Numbered from the stretch's first letter, positions 49,988-60,303 are shown. The stretch is 64,000 nucleotides of DNA from Patescibacteria group bacterium (GCA_038063515.1 JBBTUY010000002.1:65976-129975); one strand, 5' to 3'. Numbers and translations: made by a program. The notes: generated from the sequence alone by a model not told the origin.

Positions 49988-51907
49988 ATGGATTTTAATT
50001 TTCTTAATAAAAAAGTTACGGGAGACAAAGATAATAAAGGTAAAAAAGGGAATGAAACAAGCTTCTCTCGAAGCATTTTGGGTGCCATTGTTATTTTCAT
50101 GCTTATTACGGCATTTTATTTAATCTTGTCAGATGATACAAAGCCAAAAGTAGAAATTCCAATATCAGAACTTGCCAATAGCGTATCTTTGGGTGAAGTA
50201 AAGCACATTTTAGTTGCAGGAGATGCTCTCACCATAACTTACAACAACCAAGAAATTAAGAAATCAAAGAAAGAAGTCAGCACTTCTTTGTCCCAGACTC
50301 TATTTAACTATGGTGTTAAGCCTGAAGTCCTCGCAAAGACAGAAATAGAGATTAAAAGTGAGACAGGCTTTACATTCTGGCTTTTAAACATTCTACCATT
50401 CTTGCTCCCTGTATTATTTATAGTTATATTTTTCTGGTACGTTTCAAAGCAAATGAAAGGTGCAGGTGTGCAAGCAATGACCTTTGGTCAGTCAAAGGCT
50501 CGTATCACAGATCCAAATGACAAGAACAATAGAGTTACTTTTAAAGACGTCGCAGGATGTAAAGAAGCGAAAGAAGAATTAAAAGAGATAGTAGATTTCT
50601 TAAAGAGTCCAAAGAAGTTTTTAGAGATAGGAGCTCGTATACCAAAGGGTGTGATGCTAAACGGTGCTCCCGGTACGGGTAAGACATTGCTTGCACGAGC
50701 TGTAGCAGGGGAAGCATCTGTACCATTCTTCCATCTTTCCGGTAGTGAATTTGTGGAAATGTTTGTGGGTGTCGGTGCTTCTCGTGTACGTGATCTTTTC
50801 AAGATGGCAAAGAAGGCAGCTCCTGCGATCATATTCGTTGATGAGATAGATGCTATAGGGCGCACACGCGGAGGAGGTTTTGGTGGGGGGAATGATGAAC
50901 GTGAGCAGACTTTAAACCAGATACTTGTAGAGATGGATGGCTTTGAGCCAAATGACAAAGTCATAGTCATGGCAGCGACAAACAGGCCAGACGTGCTAGA
51001 CCCTGCACTTGTCCGTCCGGGACGCTTTGATCGTAAAGTTATGCTTGACCTACCTGACCGCTCTGACCGTGAGGCAATCTTAAACATCCACGCGACTAAG
51101 AAGCCTCTTGCAGAGGATATAAACTTAAAATTAATTGCTGAGCGTACACCAGGATTTTCTGGAGCTGACCTTTACTCTCTTATGAATGAGGGTGCAATCC
51201 TTGCTGCACGTGAGAATCGTAAAAAGATTTTTCAGTTTGACCTTATTCGTGCTATAGAGAAAGTGATGCTTGGTCCTGAGAGAAAAAGCCATTTACTTTC
51301 TAAAAAAGAAAAGGAGATCACTGCTTATCATGAGGCCGGGCATGCACTCGTTGCATCTGTGCTTCCTTATGCTGACCCAGTACACAAGGTCTCTATAATT
51401 TCTCGTGGTAGTGCTGGAGGGTATACATTAAAGCTTCCTCTCGAGGAGCGTCGCTTGCAGTCTAAAAAAGAATTTTTAGATGACATAGCTATGTCTCTTG
51501 GCGGATATGTGGCAGAGAAGATGATTTTTGGGGATATAACCACTGGACCATCTAGTGATTTACAAGTCTCTACCAATCTCGCTCGCGCTATGGTTACTCG
51601 TTTTGGTATGTCTGATGTCATAGGGCCTATAACTCTCGTAAGTGGGGGAGGCAGGTCTCCATATGGAGAGATTTCAGAGAAAGAATATTCAGAAGACATT
51701 TCTACAAAGGTAGATGCTGAAGTTTCAAGAATAATAAATGATGGATTAAAGAGAGCTGAAGAAGTCTTGAGTGAACATAAAGTCGCCTTTAAAGCTATTG
51801 CCGACAAGCTTATAGAAGTAGAGACACTAGAACAAGAAGAATACGAGAAAATTCTTACAGTTCATGGCATAGCCCTCAAAAAGAAAGAAACTGAGACATT
51901 AGCCTAA
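49988..51907 (+). CDS. ftsH: ATP-dependent zinc metalloprotease FtsH
   Basis: 2 [30 protein letters not shown]. Confidence 0.98.
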   Translation: MDFNFLNKKVTGDKDNKGKKGNETSFSRSILGAIVIFMLITAFYLILSDDTKPKVEIPISELANSVSLGEVKHILVAGDALTITYNNQEIKKSKKEVSTSLSQTLFNYGVKPEVLAKTEIEIKSETGFTFWLLNILPFLLPVLFIVIFFWYVSKQMKGAGVQAMTFGQSKARITDPNDKNNRVTFKDVAGCKEAKEELKEIVDFLKSPKKFLEIGARIPKGVMLNGAPGTGKTLLARAVAGEASVPFFHLSGSEFVEMFVGVGASRVRDLFKMAKKAAPAIIFVDEIDAIGRTRGGGFGGGNDEREQTLNQILVEMDGFEPNDKVIVMAATNRPDVLDPALVRPGRFDRKVMLDLPDRSDREAILNIHATKKPLAEDINLKLIAERTPGFSGADLYSLMNEGAILAARENRKKIFQFDLIRAIEKVMLGPERKSHLLSKKEKEITAYHEAGHALVASVLPYADPVHKVSIISRGSAGGYTLKLPLEERRLQSKKEFLDDIAMSLGGYVAEKMIFGDITTGPSSDLQVSTNLARAMVTRFGMSDVIGPITLVSGGGRSPYGEISEKEYSEDISTKVDAEVSRIINDGLKRAEEVLSEHKVAFKAIADKLIEVETLEQEEYEKILTVHGIALKKKETETLA

Positions 51908-51988
51908 TCTTTGCGAAATTTCTTTAAATTTTGTAGTATTAATATACCAACAGTATAGTTTGATATTTTTATATATTAAGCTGGGATT

Positions 51989-52062
51989 CCGTCCTTAGCT
52001 CAGTTGGTTAGAGCACAGAGCTTATACCTCTGGGGTCCTTGGTTCGAATCCAAGAGGACGGA
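51989..52062 (+). tRNA. tRNA-Ile with UAU anticodon
   Basis: Acceptor ccgtcct/aggacgg; D gctc/gagc; anticodon cagag-CTTATAC-ctctg; T cttgg-TTCGAAT-ccaag; discriminator A. Confidence 0.9.
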
Positions 52063-52185
52063 CAATGAAATTGCTGATAGGTGGAGCAGCGAATAGGTGG
52101 GCTTTATGCCCACCCACTGCCCGCTCGTCGATAGATGTAATCGATAAGCAGGCTTTTTAATTTTCCTAATTTTATTTTTCAAAAT

Positions 52186-52309
52186 ACACCACTATATAGG
52201 GCTCATTCGTCGTATTTTTTGACAACTTTCTCTCTTTGTTCTCTGCTGTAAATTTTGCTTGAAAATATGGTTATCCACACTACTTTCAACATTCTTTTTC
52301 ATGTATAAT
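52186..52309 (+). promoter_or_regulatory. Possible NrdR-box-like site, DnaA box and -10 element upstream of the nrdJ operon
   Basis: CACTATATAG at 52190-52199, TTATCCACA at 52271-52279, TATAAT at 52304-52309. Confidence 0.4.
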
Positions 52310-52360
52310 ACTTGGACTGAAATATTTTATTTACAAAGTTTGACTTACAAGGATCCAAAA

Positions 52361-52918
52361 ATGAGCACAGAAAAAATAAACCAAAAAGATAGCTACTTAA
52401 AATTCTCCATGGCTTTATTTTTGTGCTTATTAATCAGACTTTTACCTCTTCGTGCTCCAAATGTAGAACCGATAATGACAGGTGTTATGCCTATGAGTAA
52501 AGCATACGGTGCTTTAGTAGGATTTATTTTCGCATTTTTGAGTATTATATGTTACGACCTCATCACAGGCACGCTCGGAGTCTGGAGCATACTCACATCT
52601 CTTTCTTATGGAGTCATAGGTCTTGCTTCTGCATTATTTTTCCAGAATCGTGAGGCTACAGGAAAGAATTTTGCAATATTTGCAGTGGGAAGCACGCTAT
52701 TCTTTGATGCTGTTACAGGGCTACTCACAGGACCGCTCTTTTTTGATCAACTTTTCTCTGTTGCACTTATAGGGCAGATACCTTTTACCTTACTTCATCT
52801 AGTTAGCAATGTTGCTTTTGCTATTATTTTATCGCCCGCCATATATAAGTTACTGATTAAGAAAAAAGTAACACAAGAAATTCTAACCATTACAAATCTT
52901 AATCACAAAGTTATATAA
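52361..52918 (+). CDS. ECF S-component-like membrane protein, probable cobalamin transporter (CbrT/BtuM-like)
   Basis: About 6 TM, RLLP...PNVEP loop, PF...H..SN; first gene of an operon with nrdJ and pduO. Confidence 0.65.
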   Translation: MSTEKINQKDSYLKFSMALFLCLLIRLLPLRAPNVEPIMTGVMPMSKAYGALVGFIFAFLSIICYDLITGTLGVWSILTSLSYGVIGLASALFFQNREATGKNFAIFAVGSTLFFDAVTGLLTGPLFFDQLFSVALIGQIPFTLLHLVSNVAFAIILSPAIYKLLIKKKVTQEILTITNLNHKVI

Positions 52919-52919
52919 C

Positions 52920-55220
52920 ATGAAAACAAAAACAAACAATAAAATTTCAAAAAGTGAGCTCGCAAAGATAAAATCAATAAGGAACAGATTTGGTGAAGTA
53001 AAATCTTTTGATTTAGAGCGTGTCAGTCGTGCCATTTTTAAAGCTTTTGAGGTTACAACTGAGGGTGGGCAAGGTGAGGCTGATGTCGTAGCTGGTAATG
53101 TCTTTGCAAGTCTTTTAAAATTTAGAGAAGAGATAGTAAGTAAAAACAAAAAGGCTGTTTTCTTGCCAACTGTTGAGCTCGTGCAAGACCTCGTAGAAAA
53201 AGAGTTAATGAAGAGAAATTTTCCAGAAACAGCAAAGAAATACATCCTGTACAGGAACAAAAGATCAGAATTAAGAGCTACTTTTGGTCCAGTATCTGAA
53301 AATGTTCGCAGGGCAGTAGAAGAAAGTAGTAAATATTTTGCGAGTCCATACTCTGAGTATATCTTTTACCAGTTTTATTCTCGCTGGGTGCCTGAGCTTG
53401 GCCGTAGGGAGACTTGGATTGAGACTGTAGACAGATACATGGAATACATGAAGGAAAATCTCGGAGATAATCTTACAAAGAAAGAATACGACGAAGTACG
53501 AGAGGCGATACTAAACCAAGACATATGTCCTTCAATGAGACTTTTCTGGTCAGCAGGCAAGGCATGCAGGAATTCAAATGTATGGGCGTACAATTGCTCT
53601 TACATCGCTCCTACATGTACTCAGGACTTAGGTGAGATCATGTATGTATCTATGTGTGGTGCAGGACTTGGTTTTGCTGTTGAGTGGGAGAATGTCCAGC
53701 AATTCCCTCAGATTAAAAAACAAATAAAAGAGAAGCCAGCTACTTATGTAGTGAAGGATAGTAAAGAAGGCTGGGCAGATTCATTTGTAGCAGGACTCGA
53801 TGCATGGTTTGAGGGTAAGGATTTAAAATTTGATTACTCTATGATCAGACCAGCAGGTGCACGACTAGAGACTGCAGGAGGTAGAGCTTCTGGCCCTCAG
53901 CCACTTATGGATCTTATGGATTTTGCTCGTCGTAAGATTTTGTCAAAGCAGGGAAGACGTCTTTCAAACTTAGACATGCATGATATCATCTGTCAGATAG
54001 GTATGATTGTCGTTGCAGGAGGAGTGCGAAGAAGTGCACTTATATCTCTGTCTGAATTAGAAGATTCTGATATGCGAGATGCAAAGAAGGGACAGTTTTA
54101 TCTTACAGAAGGACAGAGAAGTATGGCAAATAATTCCGCAGTATATAATGCAAAGCCTTCTGCAGAAGAATTCCTCGATGAATGGACTGCACTTGTAAAG
54201 TCTAAGTCAGGAGAAAGAGGTATATTTAACCGTGGAGGACTAGAAAAACAAGTACCAGCTCGCAGATGGGAAGCGATAAAGGATGAGAGACAGATAGGTC
54301 TTAATCCTTGTGGAGAGATATATTTACGTTCAAAACAGTTTTGTAATTTGACGAGTATTGTCATCCGTCCACACGACACACTTCAAACTCTAAAGAAAAA
54401 GATGGACCTAGCGACACTCCTCGGTACATACCAATCTACACTTACAAACTTTGGTTACCTTTCAAAAAAGTGGAAAGAAAATTGTGATGCAGAGAGACTA
54501 CTCGGTGTATCTCTTACAGGATATTATGATAATACTCTAATCCGTACAGATAAAGTTCTCGATACTTTGAGACTTAGTGCTGTAGAGACAAATAAAAAGT
54601 ATGCAAAGCGTTTTGGTATAAATCAATCTACTGCTATTACTTGTGTAAAGCCTCATGGTAACTCAGGACAGCTCCTAGCTGTAGGTTCTGGTATGCACCC
54701 ATGGTTTGCACAGTACTTCATTCGTCGTGTGAGAATATCACATACAGATACTCTTCTTAAGATGGCTCGCGACCAAGGAGTGCCATGTCTTCCAGAAGTG
54801 GGTCAGTCTGCTGAGACAGCTACGACTTTCGTACTAGAGTTTCCAGTGAAGGCTCCACAGGGTGCGATATTTAAAGACGAAGTCTCTGCCCTTGACTTAC
54901 TTAAAGAATGGAAAAGACTCAAAGAGCACTTTGTAGAACACAACCCTTCGGCTACTATTTATGTAGGTCCTGATGAATGGCTCGCTGTCGGAAACTTCGT
55001 ATATGAAAATTGGGATTTCGTCGGAGGTATGTCATTCCTACCTAGATCTGAACACGTGTACCAGCTCGCTCCATATGAAGCAATATCTAAAGAAGAGTAT
55101 GAGAAGAGGTCTAAGTCTATAGGCAAGATCGACTTCTCAAAACTCTCTCAATACGAAGCCACAGACAACACCACAGGCGCAAAAGAATTCGCTTGTGTTT
55201 CAGGAGTTTGCGAGATCTAA
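52920..55220 (+). CDS. nrdJ: Class II (adenosylcobalamin-dependent) ribonucleotide reductase with N-terminal ATP cone
   Basis: ATP cone (VELVQDLVE..L), PSMR, YNCSY, GGVRRSA, NPCGE, TCVKP, C-terminal CVSGVC. Confidence 0.92.
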   Translation: MKTKTNNKISKSELAKIKSIRNRFGEVKSFDLERVSRAIFKAFEVTTEGGQGEADVVAGNVFASLLKFREEIVSKNKKAVFLPTVELVQDLVEKELMKRNFPETAKKYILYRNKRSELRATFGPVSENVRRAVEESSKYFASPYSEYIFYQFYSRWVPELGRRETWIETVDRYMEYMKENLGDNLTKKEYDEVREAILNQDICPSMRLFWSAGKACRNSNVWAYNCSYIAPTCTQDLGEIMYVSMCGAGLGFAVEWENVQQFPQIKKQIKEKPATYVVKDSKEGWADSFVAGLDAWFEGKDLKFDYSMIRPAGARLETAGGRASGPQPLMDLMDFARRKILSKQGRRLSNLDMHDIICQIGMIVVAGGVRRSALISLSELEDSDMRDAKKGQFYLTEGQRSMANNSAVYNAKPSAEEFLDEWTALVKSKSGERGIFNRGGLEKQVPARRWEAIKDERQIGLNPCGEIYLRSKQFCNLTSIVIRPHDTLQTLKKKMDLATLLGTYQSTLTNFGYLSKKWKENCDAERLLGVSLTGYYDNTLIRTDKVLDTLRLSAVETNKKYAKRFGINQSTAITCVKPHGNSGQLLAVGSGMHPWFAQYFIRRVRISHTDTLLKMARDQGVPCLPEVGQSAETATTFVLEFPVKAPQGAIFKDEVSALDLLKEWKRLKEHFVEHNPSATIYVGPDEWLAVGNFVYENWDFVGGMSFLPRSEHVYQLAPYEAISKEEYEKRSKSIGKIDFSKLSQYEATDNTTGAKEFACVSGVCEI

Positions 55221-55224
55221 GTTC

Positions 55225-55782
55225 ATGCTTTACACAAGAAAAGGAGATGATGGTAGTACTCACACCTTTGGTTGCAACCAAAGTATTTCGAAGAGTTCGA
55301 GTACTGCCGAAGCATTAGGCTCACTTGATGAAACAAATTCTTTTCTAGGTGTCACTCGAGCTAAAACTAAAGGATTAAGTTTTCAGACAGGGGATGGTGA
55401 GATTAAATATTCGGATCTCATTCTCATAGTTCAGCAAAACCTTTTTATGATCCAAGCTGAAGTAGCAGGATCTGATAAAAGTATAAAAGAAGAGAAGATA
55501 AAAGACATCGAAAAGATCATTGATTCTATAGAGAAAATCCTTCCTCCTATTTCAACATTTTTCATAAGCGGAGCCACAGAGCTCGGCGCATATTTTGATT
55601 TTGCTCGCACGCTCTCAAGGCGAGCAGAGAGGCGAGTGGTGGAAGTCAAAGAAGAAGGGAAAGTTAAAATAAGTCGGGAAACTCTCGCATATCTAAACAG
55701 GCTTTCTAGTCTACTGTATGCATTCGCTAGGATATCTAGCCAAGTAGAAGGCGAAGAAGAAATAAAGCCTAGTTATATTTAA
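55225..55782 (+). CDS. pduO: ATP:cob(I)alamin adenosyltransferase, PduO type
   Basis: YTRKGDDG.T, GSLDE.NS, RT..RRAER, YLNRLS. Confidence 0.93.
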   Translation: MLYTRKGDDGSTHTFGCNQSISKSSSTAEALGSLDETNSFLGVTRAKTKGLSFQTGDGEIKYSDLILIVQQNLFMIQAEVAGSDKSIKEEKIKDIEKIIDSIEKILPPISTFFISGATELGAYFDFARTLSRRAERRVVEVKEEGKVKISRETLAYLNRLSSLLYAFARISSQVEGEEEIKPSYI

Positions 55783-55859
55783 TTTTAGTGTCAAAGATGC
55801 CCTTTGACATGTGTATAACTTTTTTGTAAAGGAATAATTGTGTGGTATAATAAAAATAT

Positions 55860-57746
55860 ATGAAAAAATATTTGTTATTTTTGTTTTCTAATTTATTACT
55901 ATTAGCTTTATTAATCCCTAGTAATTCTTTTGCACAAGTTGCAGATGATATCGACCCTAACCCAACAGGATCAGAATGCTTAACTCTCACAAGTACAGCA
56001 CTTCGATATAAATCTAAGGATGTAGAGGTACTTCCGTTACAAGATTTTCTACAAGCACAAAATTACCTTAAATCAGAACCAACAGGATATTTCGGTATTC
56101 TCACCTTAAAAGCTGTTAAAGATTTCCAATCCGCAAATGGTATTAATCCTACAGGATATGTGGGTCCTGTGACTAAAACTAAGATAAAAGACATAAGTTG
56201 TAATGGTGGAGGCTTAATAAAACCAGAGAGGTGTGTGACTGGTTCTCAATATATAAATGGAAAATGTATAGAACTTCCTCCTGAATGTTATCCTGGATTC
56301 GTATATAATCCAACAACTGGAATCAAATGTATAGAGAATTTAAATAATGTTATAATAGATGGAGTCTCTGGACCACAGACATTAAAAGTAGGTGAGGTGG
56401 GGACGTGGACAGTAAAAGCGCATACTAAAGATGGTTTAGGAAGTCTTTCATACTCAGTAATTTGGGGGGATGAGTCTAATTATTCTGCACTAGCATCTGC
56501 TGGTACATTCGAAGATCTTTCATGGAAAGTAGGTTCTCAGTCTGTAACTTTTACACATAATTATACAAAATCAGCTGAATATAAACCTATCTTTTATGTA
56601 AGAAGTGAAAATATAATCCGTTGTATCACGACTCCATGTCCCTCAAATGCGGGTAGTGCAAAGACAAGTATAAGTGTGAAGGTAGGTGAGACATCAAGCA
56701 ATGCCAAGTCTTCTATTTCAGTTGTAAGTCCAAATGGACGAGAGATATGGCAACATGGCAGTACTCAAACAATAAAATGGACTAGTACAAATCTAAGTAG
56801 TGCTCTTATAGGCATAAGGTTGTATGAAAAAAGTGGTTCACCTGTAGTTACCTTGGCACGAAATATTCCAAACACTGGTTCTTTTGATTGGGTTGTACCT
56901 ACTACTTACGTAGGAAGTAATTATGTAATTATGGTTTATCCTGAAATCATAGACAGTGCATCTACCGTAAGTGATAAAAGTGACGCAGCATTCAGTATTA
57001 TTTCTAGTTCATCTTCAGCGACAACTCCTTCCATTACAGGCATACAAGGTTTTAATTCAGCAACAGGTGTTTACAATAGCAACGAGGCTACAGCAGGTAA
57101 ATATCTAGTCTTGTACGGTAAATTTGCTTCTACTGGCAACAAAGTCGTTGTGGGTAGTACTGTGTACGAAGCTAAGCCAACGATAACTGATGCTAATGAC
57201 AAAACTCCACGTATCACTTACCAAAGTACTTCACAGATAAATGTATTACTAGGATCACAGGTAGGAAATTTACAGGTCTTAGTAATAAATGGTTCTGTTA
57301 AATCTTACCCTGTTCATGAATTTAAAGTTGTGGCAGGTAGTGTTCCAATTGTCACTCAATTTGCTCCATATATAAACGATGAATCTAGTACAGGTAAAAA
57401 AGGTATTCAAGGTTTTGATGCTATCACAAATACATATAGTGATGCTCAAGCGGTAGCGGGAAAATATTTAGTTTTATATGGTAATTTCTCAGCTTTAGGT
57501 GGCAATAAAGTATGGATAGGAAGCAAGGAGTACACTCCTACTTATCAAAGTGCAACACAGATCAATGTATTACTAGGTTCTGATACTGGAAATCTACAAG
57601 TATTGGTTAGGAACGGTAATATTAAATCAAATGTTCTTGAATTTAAAGTAGTAGCAGGTAGTGTTCTTGGAGCTTCTACCTCTATGCCTTATGGCTGTAC
57701 AGCTTTGACCAAATATAGTTCTATGACTGGGGTTATGTGTTGGTAG
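55860..57746 (+). CDS. Secreted modular surface protein (peptidoglycan-binding domain, Ig/PKD-like domains, duplicated C-terminal domain)
   Basis: Signal peptide; LQ.FL..TGYFG.LT..AVK.FQ...GI.PTGYVG; VSPNG.E.W..G; two GIQGF...AGKYLVLYG.F...TYQS..QINVLLG repeats. Confidence 0.8.
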   Translation: MKKYLLFLFSNLLLLALLIPSNSFAQVADDIDPNPTGSECLTLTSTALRYKSKDVEVLPLQDFLQAQNYLKSEPTGYFGILTLKAVKDFQSANGINPTGYVGPVTKTKIKDISCNGGGLIKPERCVTGSQYINGKCIELPPECYPGFVYNPTTGIKCIENLNNVIIDGVSGPQTLKVGEVGTWTVKAHTKDGLGSLSYSVIWGDESNYSALASAGTFEDLSWKVGSQSVTFTHNYTKSAEYKPIFYVRSENIIRCITTPCPSNAGSAKTSISVKVGETSSNAKSSISVVSPNGREIWQHGSTQTIKWTSTNLSSALIGIRLYEKSGSPVVTLARNIPNTGSFDWVVPTTYVGSNYVIMVYPEIIDSASTVSDKSDAAFSIISSSSSATTPSITGIQGFNSATGVYNSNEATAGKYLVLYGKFASTGNKVVVGSTVYEAKPTITDANDKTPRITYQSTSQINVLLGSQVGNLQVLVINGSVKSYPVHEFKVVAGSVPIVTQFAPYINDESSTGKKGIQGFDAITNTYSDAQAVAGKYLVLYGNFSALGGNKVWIGSKEYTPTYQSATQINVLLGSDTGNLQVLVRNGNIKSNVLEFKVVAGSVLGASTSMPYGCTALTKYSSMTGVMCW

Positions 57747-57751
57747 TTAAT

Positions 57752-59929
57752 TTACTCAAAGTGAAACTCTCCAGCTTTTTCTTTTACTTTATTTTTGAGT
57801 AAAGGGTCTTTTAAGAGTTCTGGATCTTCTTCGATCAGTCTTATGGCCTCGGTGCGAGCAGCTTCTACCATCTTTATATTTTTTATTGCTTCCATGCCGA
57901 GGTCGGTGATGCCCCATTGTTTGCCTCCTCCTAACTCTCCGGCGCCACGAAGAGCGAGATCAAGCTCACTTAATTCAAATCCATTCTTAGCAGTTTTAAG
58001 TGCTTTTAATCTGGCAATTGTTTTGTCACTTTTGGCTTCTGCAAATACGTAGCAGTATGCTTGATGCGTGCTTCGTATCACACGCCCCCTGAGCTGGTGA
58101 AGCTGTGCAAGGCCGAATCTTTCTGCTCCCTCGATGATTATTATAGTTGCATTTGGTACGTTTACCCCCACTTCCACCACTGATGTAGCGCAGAGAATGT
58201 GTATTTTCCCCTCTGAGAAATCTTGCATAACTTCTTCTTTTTTCTCTTTACTCATTTTGCTGTGGAGCACTCCTATTTCATATTTTTGAAATACTTCTTT
58301 TTTTAATCTTTTTGCTTCTTCTACTGCAGACTTCACATTTAGTGCTAGTTCTTTTTCAGGATTAGGCTCAAAAATTCTAGGACATATTACATATAGCTGC
58401 CTACCATTTTCTAATTCTTTATGTATTTTTTCATATGTATCTTCGCGTTTGTCGGGTGTTACTATTTCTGTAATTATTTTTTTCCTGCCTGATGGCATCT
58501 CGTCTAAGAGAGATAGATCTAAGTCTCCATATATTGTGAGTGCTAGGGTTCTCGGTATTGGGGTTGCTGTCATAGAGAGGAGGTGAGGTGCGACGTTGTC
58601 TTTTCTTATTAAACTCCTTCTTTGTTTAGTGCCAAATCTGTGCTGCTCATCTATGATCACGAGTGCTAAGTTTTTAAACTTCACCGACTTTTGTATGAGT
58701 GCATGAGTGCCTATGAGTATAGGTACTTCTCCATTTGCTACCCATTTCAAAAGTTGTGCACGTGATATGCTTGTCCATTCTTCTCTATTTGTTTTAGAAG
58801 GGAACTTCCTGCAGCCAGAGCCTGTGATGAGTCCTATGTTTATGGGCATGTGTTTAAAGTATTTTATGAAAGACTCGAAGTGCTGGGTGGCGAGTATCTC
58901 TGTTGGAGCCATATATGCAACGTTTAAATTGCCAAAAGTTTGCTCTTCGCCTTTGTCGTTTAAGGGTCTTTGCTTCACTGCTATGTATGCAGCACTTGCA
59001 GCTACTGCCGTCTTGCCTGATCCCACGTCACCTTCGAGAAGCCTCGACATAGGGAAATTTTTCCCCATGTCAGAGAGTACTATATCGATTGATTTTATTT
59101 GAGCATCTGTAGGTTTAAAAGGGAAGCGATCTAGAAATTCTTTCAAATCTTTTGGATTTGTTTTTATTTTAAAAGATTTATTTTTTCTATACTCTATTTT
59201 GTCATGTTGGCGTTCGAGCTGTATACAAAAGACTTCTTCGAAAGCGAATCTTTTTCTAGCTACTTCCGCATCATTTTCTTTTCTAGGTTGATGGATAAAT
59301 ATGAGAGCACTTTTTAAACTAGGTAGATTATATTTTTTTAATATATCTTCTGGTAAATAATCCTCTATATTATCTAAACTTTTTTCTTTAAAAATCTTAT
59401 CAATAGCATGATAAAACCATTTTGAAGTTATGCCATAAGTCTCTGCATAGATAGGGAATGAAGATCCGGAACTAGGTACATTTTCTTTCATAAAAAGAGT
59501 GTCATGGGAGTCTATTGGCATGTTCGGTATTTTTTCAACCTCTGGGTTAGCGAGATACATGCCACTTTTGCCTTCTGTAACTTTACCTGTAAGTTTTGCA
59601 CTCTGCCCATCATGGATCATTTTTGCCAAATAGGCTTGGTTAAACCATGTGATTTTTATTTTACCCGATAGGTCTTCTATTTCACCTTCAGCCATAGACA
59701 TTCCCGACCTAAAAGATTTTTTAGTTTTTAGTTTAGAAATTTTCCCATATACCGTCGCTGTGTCACCAGCTACGAGATCACTTATTTTCATTACTGTGCT
59801 TATATCGCTGTACCTCACAGGGAAGTGAAAGAGGAGATCTGATATTGAGAAAATTTTAAGCCTCGCGAGAGCCTTTTTTTGCTTTATATCTAGTCTGAAA
59901 TTTGTTTCGATTCTGTCACTTAAGTCCAT
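57752..59929 (-). CDS. recG: ATP-dependent DNA helicase RecG
   Basis: GDVGSGKT, DEQHRFG, TATPIPRTL, QLHQLRGRV. Confidence 0.97.
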   Translation of the reverse strand: MDLSDRIETNFRLDIKQKKALARLKIFSISDLLFHFPVRYSDISTVMKISDLVAGDTATVYGKISKLKTKKSFRSGMSMAEGEIEDLSGKIKITWFNQAYLAKMIHDGQSAKLTGKVTEGKSGMYLANPEVEKIPNMPIDSHDTLFMKENVPSSGSSFPIYAETYGITSKWFYHAIDKIFKEKSLDNIEDYLPEDILKKYNLPSLKSALIFIHQPRKENDAEVARKRFAFEEVFCIQLERQHDKIEYRKNKSFKIKTNPKDLKEFLDRFPFKPTDAQIKSIDIVLSDMGKNFPMSRLLEGDVGSGKTAVAASAAYIAVKQRPLNDKGEEQTFGNLNVAYMAPTEILATQHFESFIKYFKHMPINIGLITGSGCRKFPSKTNREEWTSISRAQLLKWVANGEVPILIGTHALIQKSVKFKNLALVIIDEQHRFGTKQRRSLIRKDNVAPHLLSMTATPIPRTLALTIYGDLDLSLLDEMPSGRKKIITEIVTPDKREDTYEKIHKELENGRQLYVICPRIFEPNPEKELALNVKSAVEEAKRLKKEVFQKYEIGVLHSKMSKEKKEEVMQDFSEGKIHILCATSVVEVGVNVPNATIIIIEGAERFGLAQLHQLRGRVIRSTHQAYCYVFAEAKSDKTIARLKALKTAKNGFELSELDLALRGAGELGGGKQWGITDLGMEAIKNIKMVEAARTEAIRLIEEDPELLKDPLLKNKVKEKAGEFHFE

Positions 59930-60009
59930 CCTTGAATAATACCAAAAATTTGAATTTTCACATAAAACTGGTATAGTAAATCTATAAAAGAATATTCTGT
60001 CTTTTATTT

Positions 60010-60080
60010 GCCGGTGTAGTTCAATGGTAGAACGAAGGACTCATAAGCCTTAGAAAATGGTTCAATTCCATTCACCGGCA
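60010..60080 (+). tRNA. tRNA-Met (CAU), probably elongator
   Basis: gccggtg/caccggc acceptor; loop CTCATAA; T aatgg-TTCAATT-ccatt; no initiator GGG/CCC. Confidence 0.85.
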
Positions 60081-60130
60081 CAAAACAAAATACCTTGAAA
60101 ATTAGGTATTTTTGTGTATAATAAAAATAT

Positions 60131-60202
60131 GCGACTGTAGCTCAACGGTAGAGCACCCGCCTGTCACGTGGGAGGCCGTGGGGTCAGCACCCATCAGTCG
60201 CG
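60131..60202 (+). tRNA. tRNA-Asp (GUC)
   Basis: gcgactg/cagtcgc acceptor; loop CTGTCAC; discriminator G; atypical T-loop GTCAGCA. Confidence 0.85.
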
Positions 60203-60267
60203 CAAACGAAAAACACCTATTTTGTATAGGTGTTTTTCTGTGTACTGAATGGACACTGAACTAATGC

Positions 60268-60297
60268 TTGACTTAGATACCCCCTAGGGGGTATACT
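60268..60297 (+). promoter_or_regulatory. csoR promoter with CsoR/RcnR-type operator
   Basis: Palindrome ATACCCCCTAGGGGGTAT (60277-60294) between TTGACT and TATACT. Confidence 0.85.
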
Positions 60298-60303
60298 TTA
60301 TTC

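Noticed and set aside
52070-52360. Canonical cobalamin riboswitch upstream of the B12 operon
   Set aside because: No GGGAA, CCCGC-ACTGT or B12-box arrangement recognisable; the nearest -10 lies downstream of the structured element
39482-59102. Long antisense ORFs over map, the ATPase, ftsH, nrdJ and recG (e.g. 42336-42971, 50488-51087, 58707-59102)
   Set aside because: Shadows of well-supported sense genes with no motifs of their own
60010-60080. CAU tRNA as initiator Met or lysidine Ile2
   Set aside because: Paired 1-72 and no GGG/CCC anticodon stem argue against initiator; Ile2 cannot be fully excluded but a UAU tRNA-Ile is present
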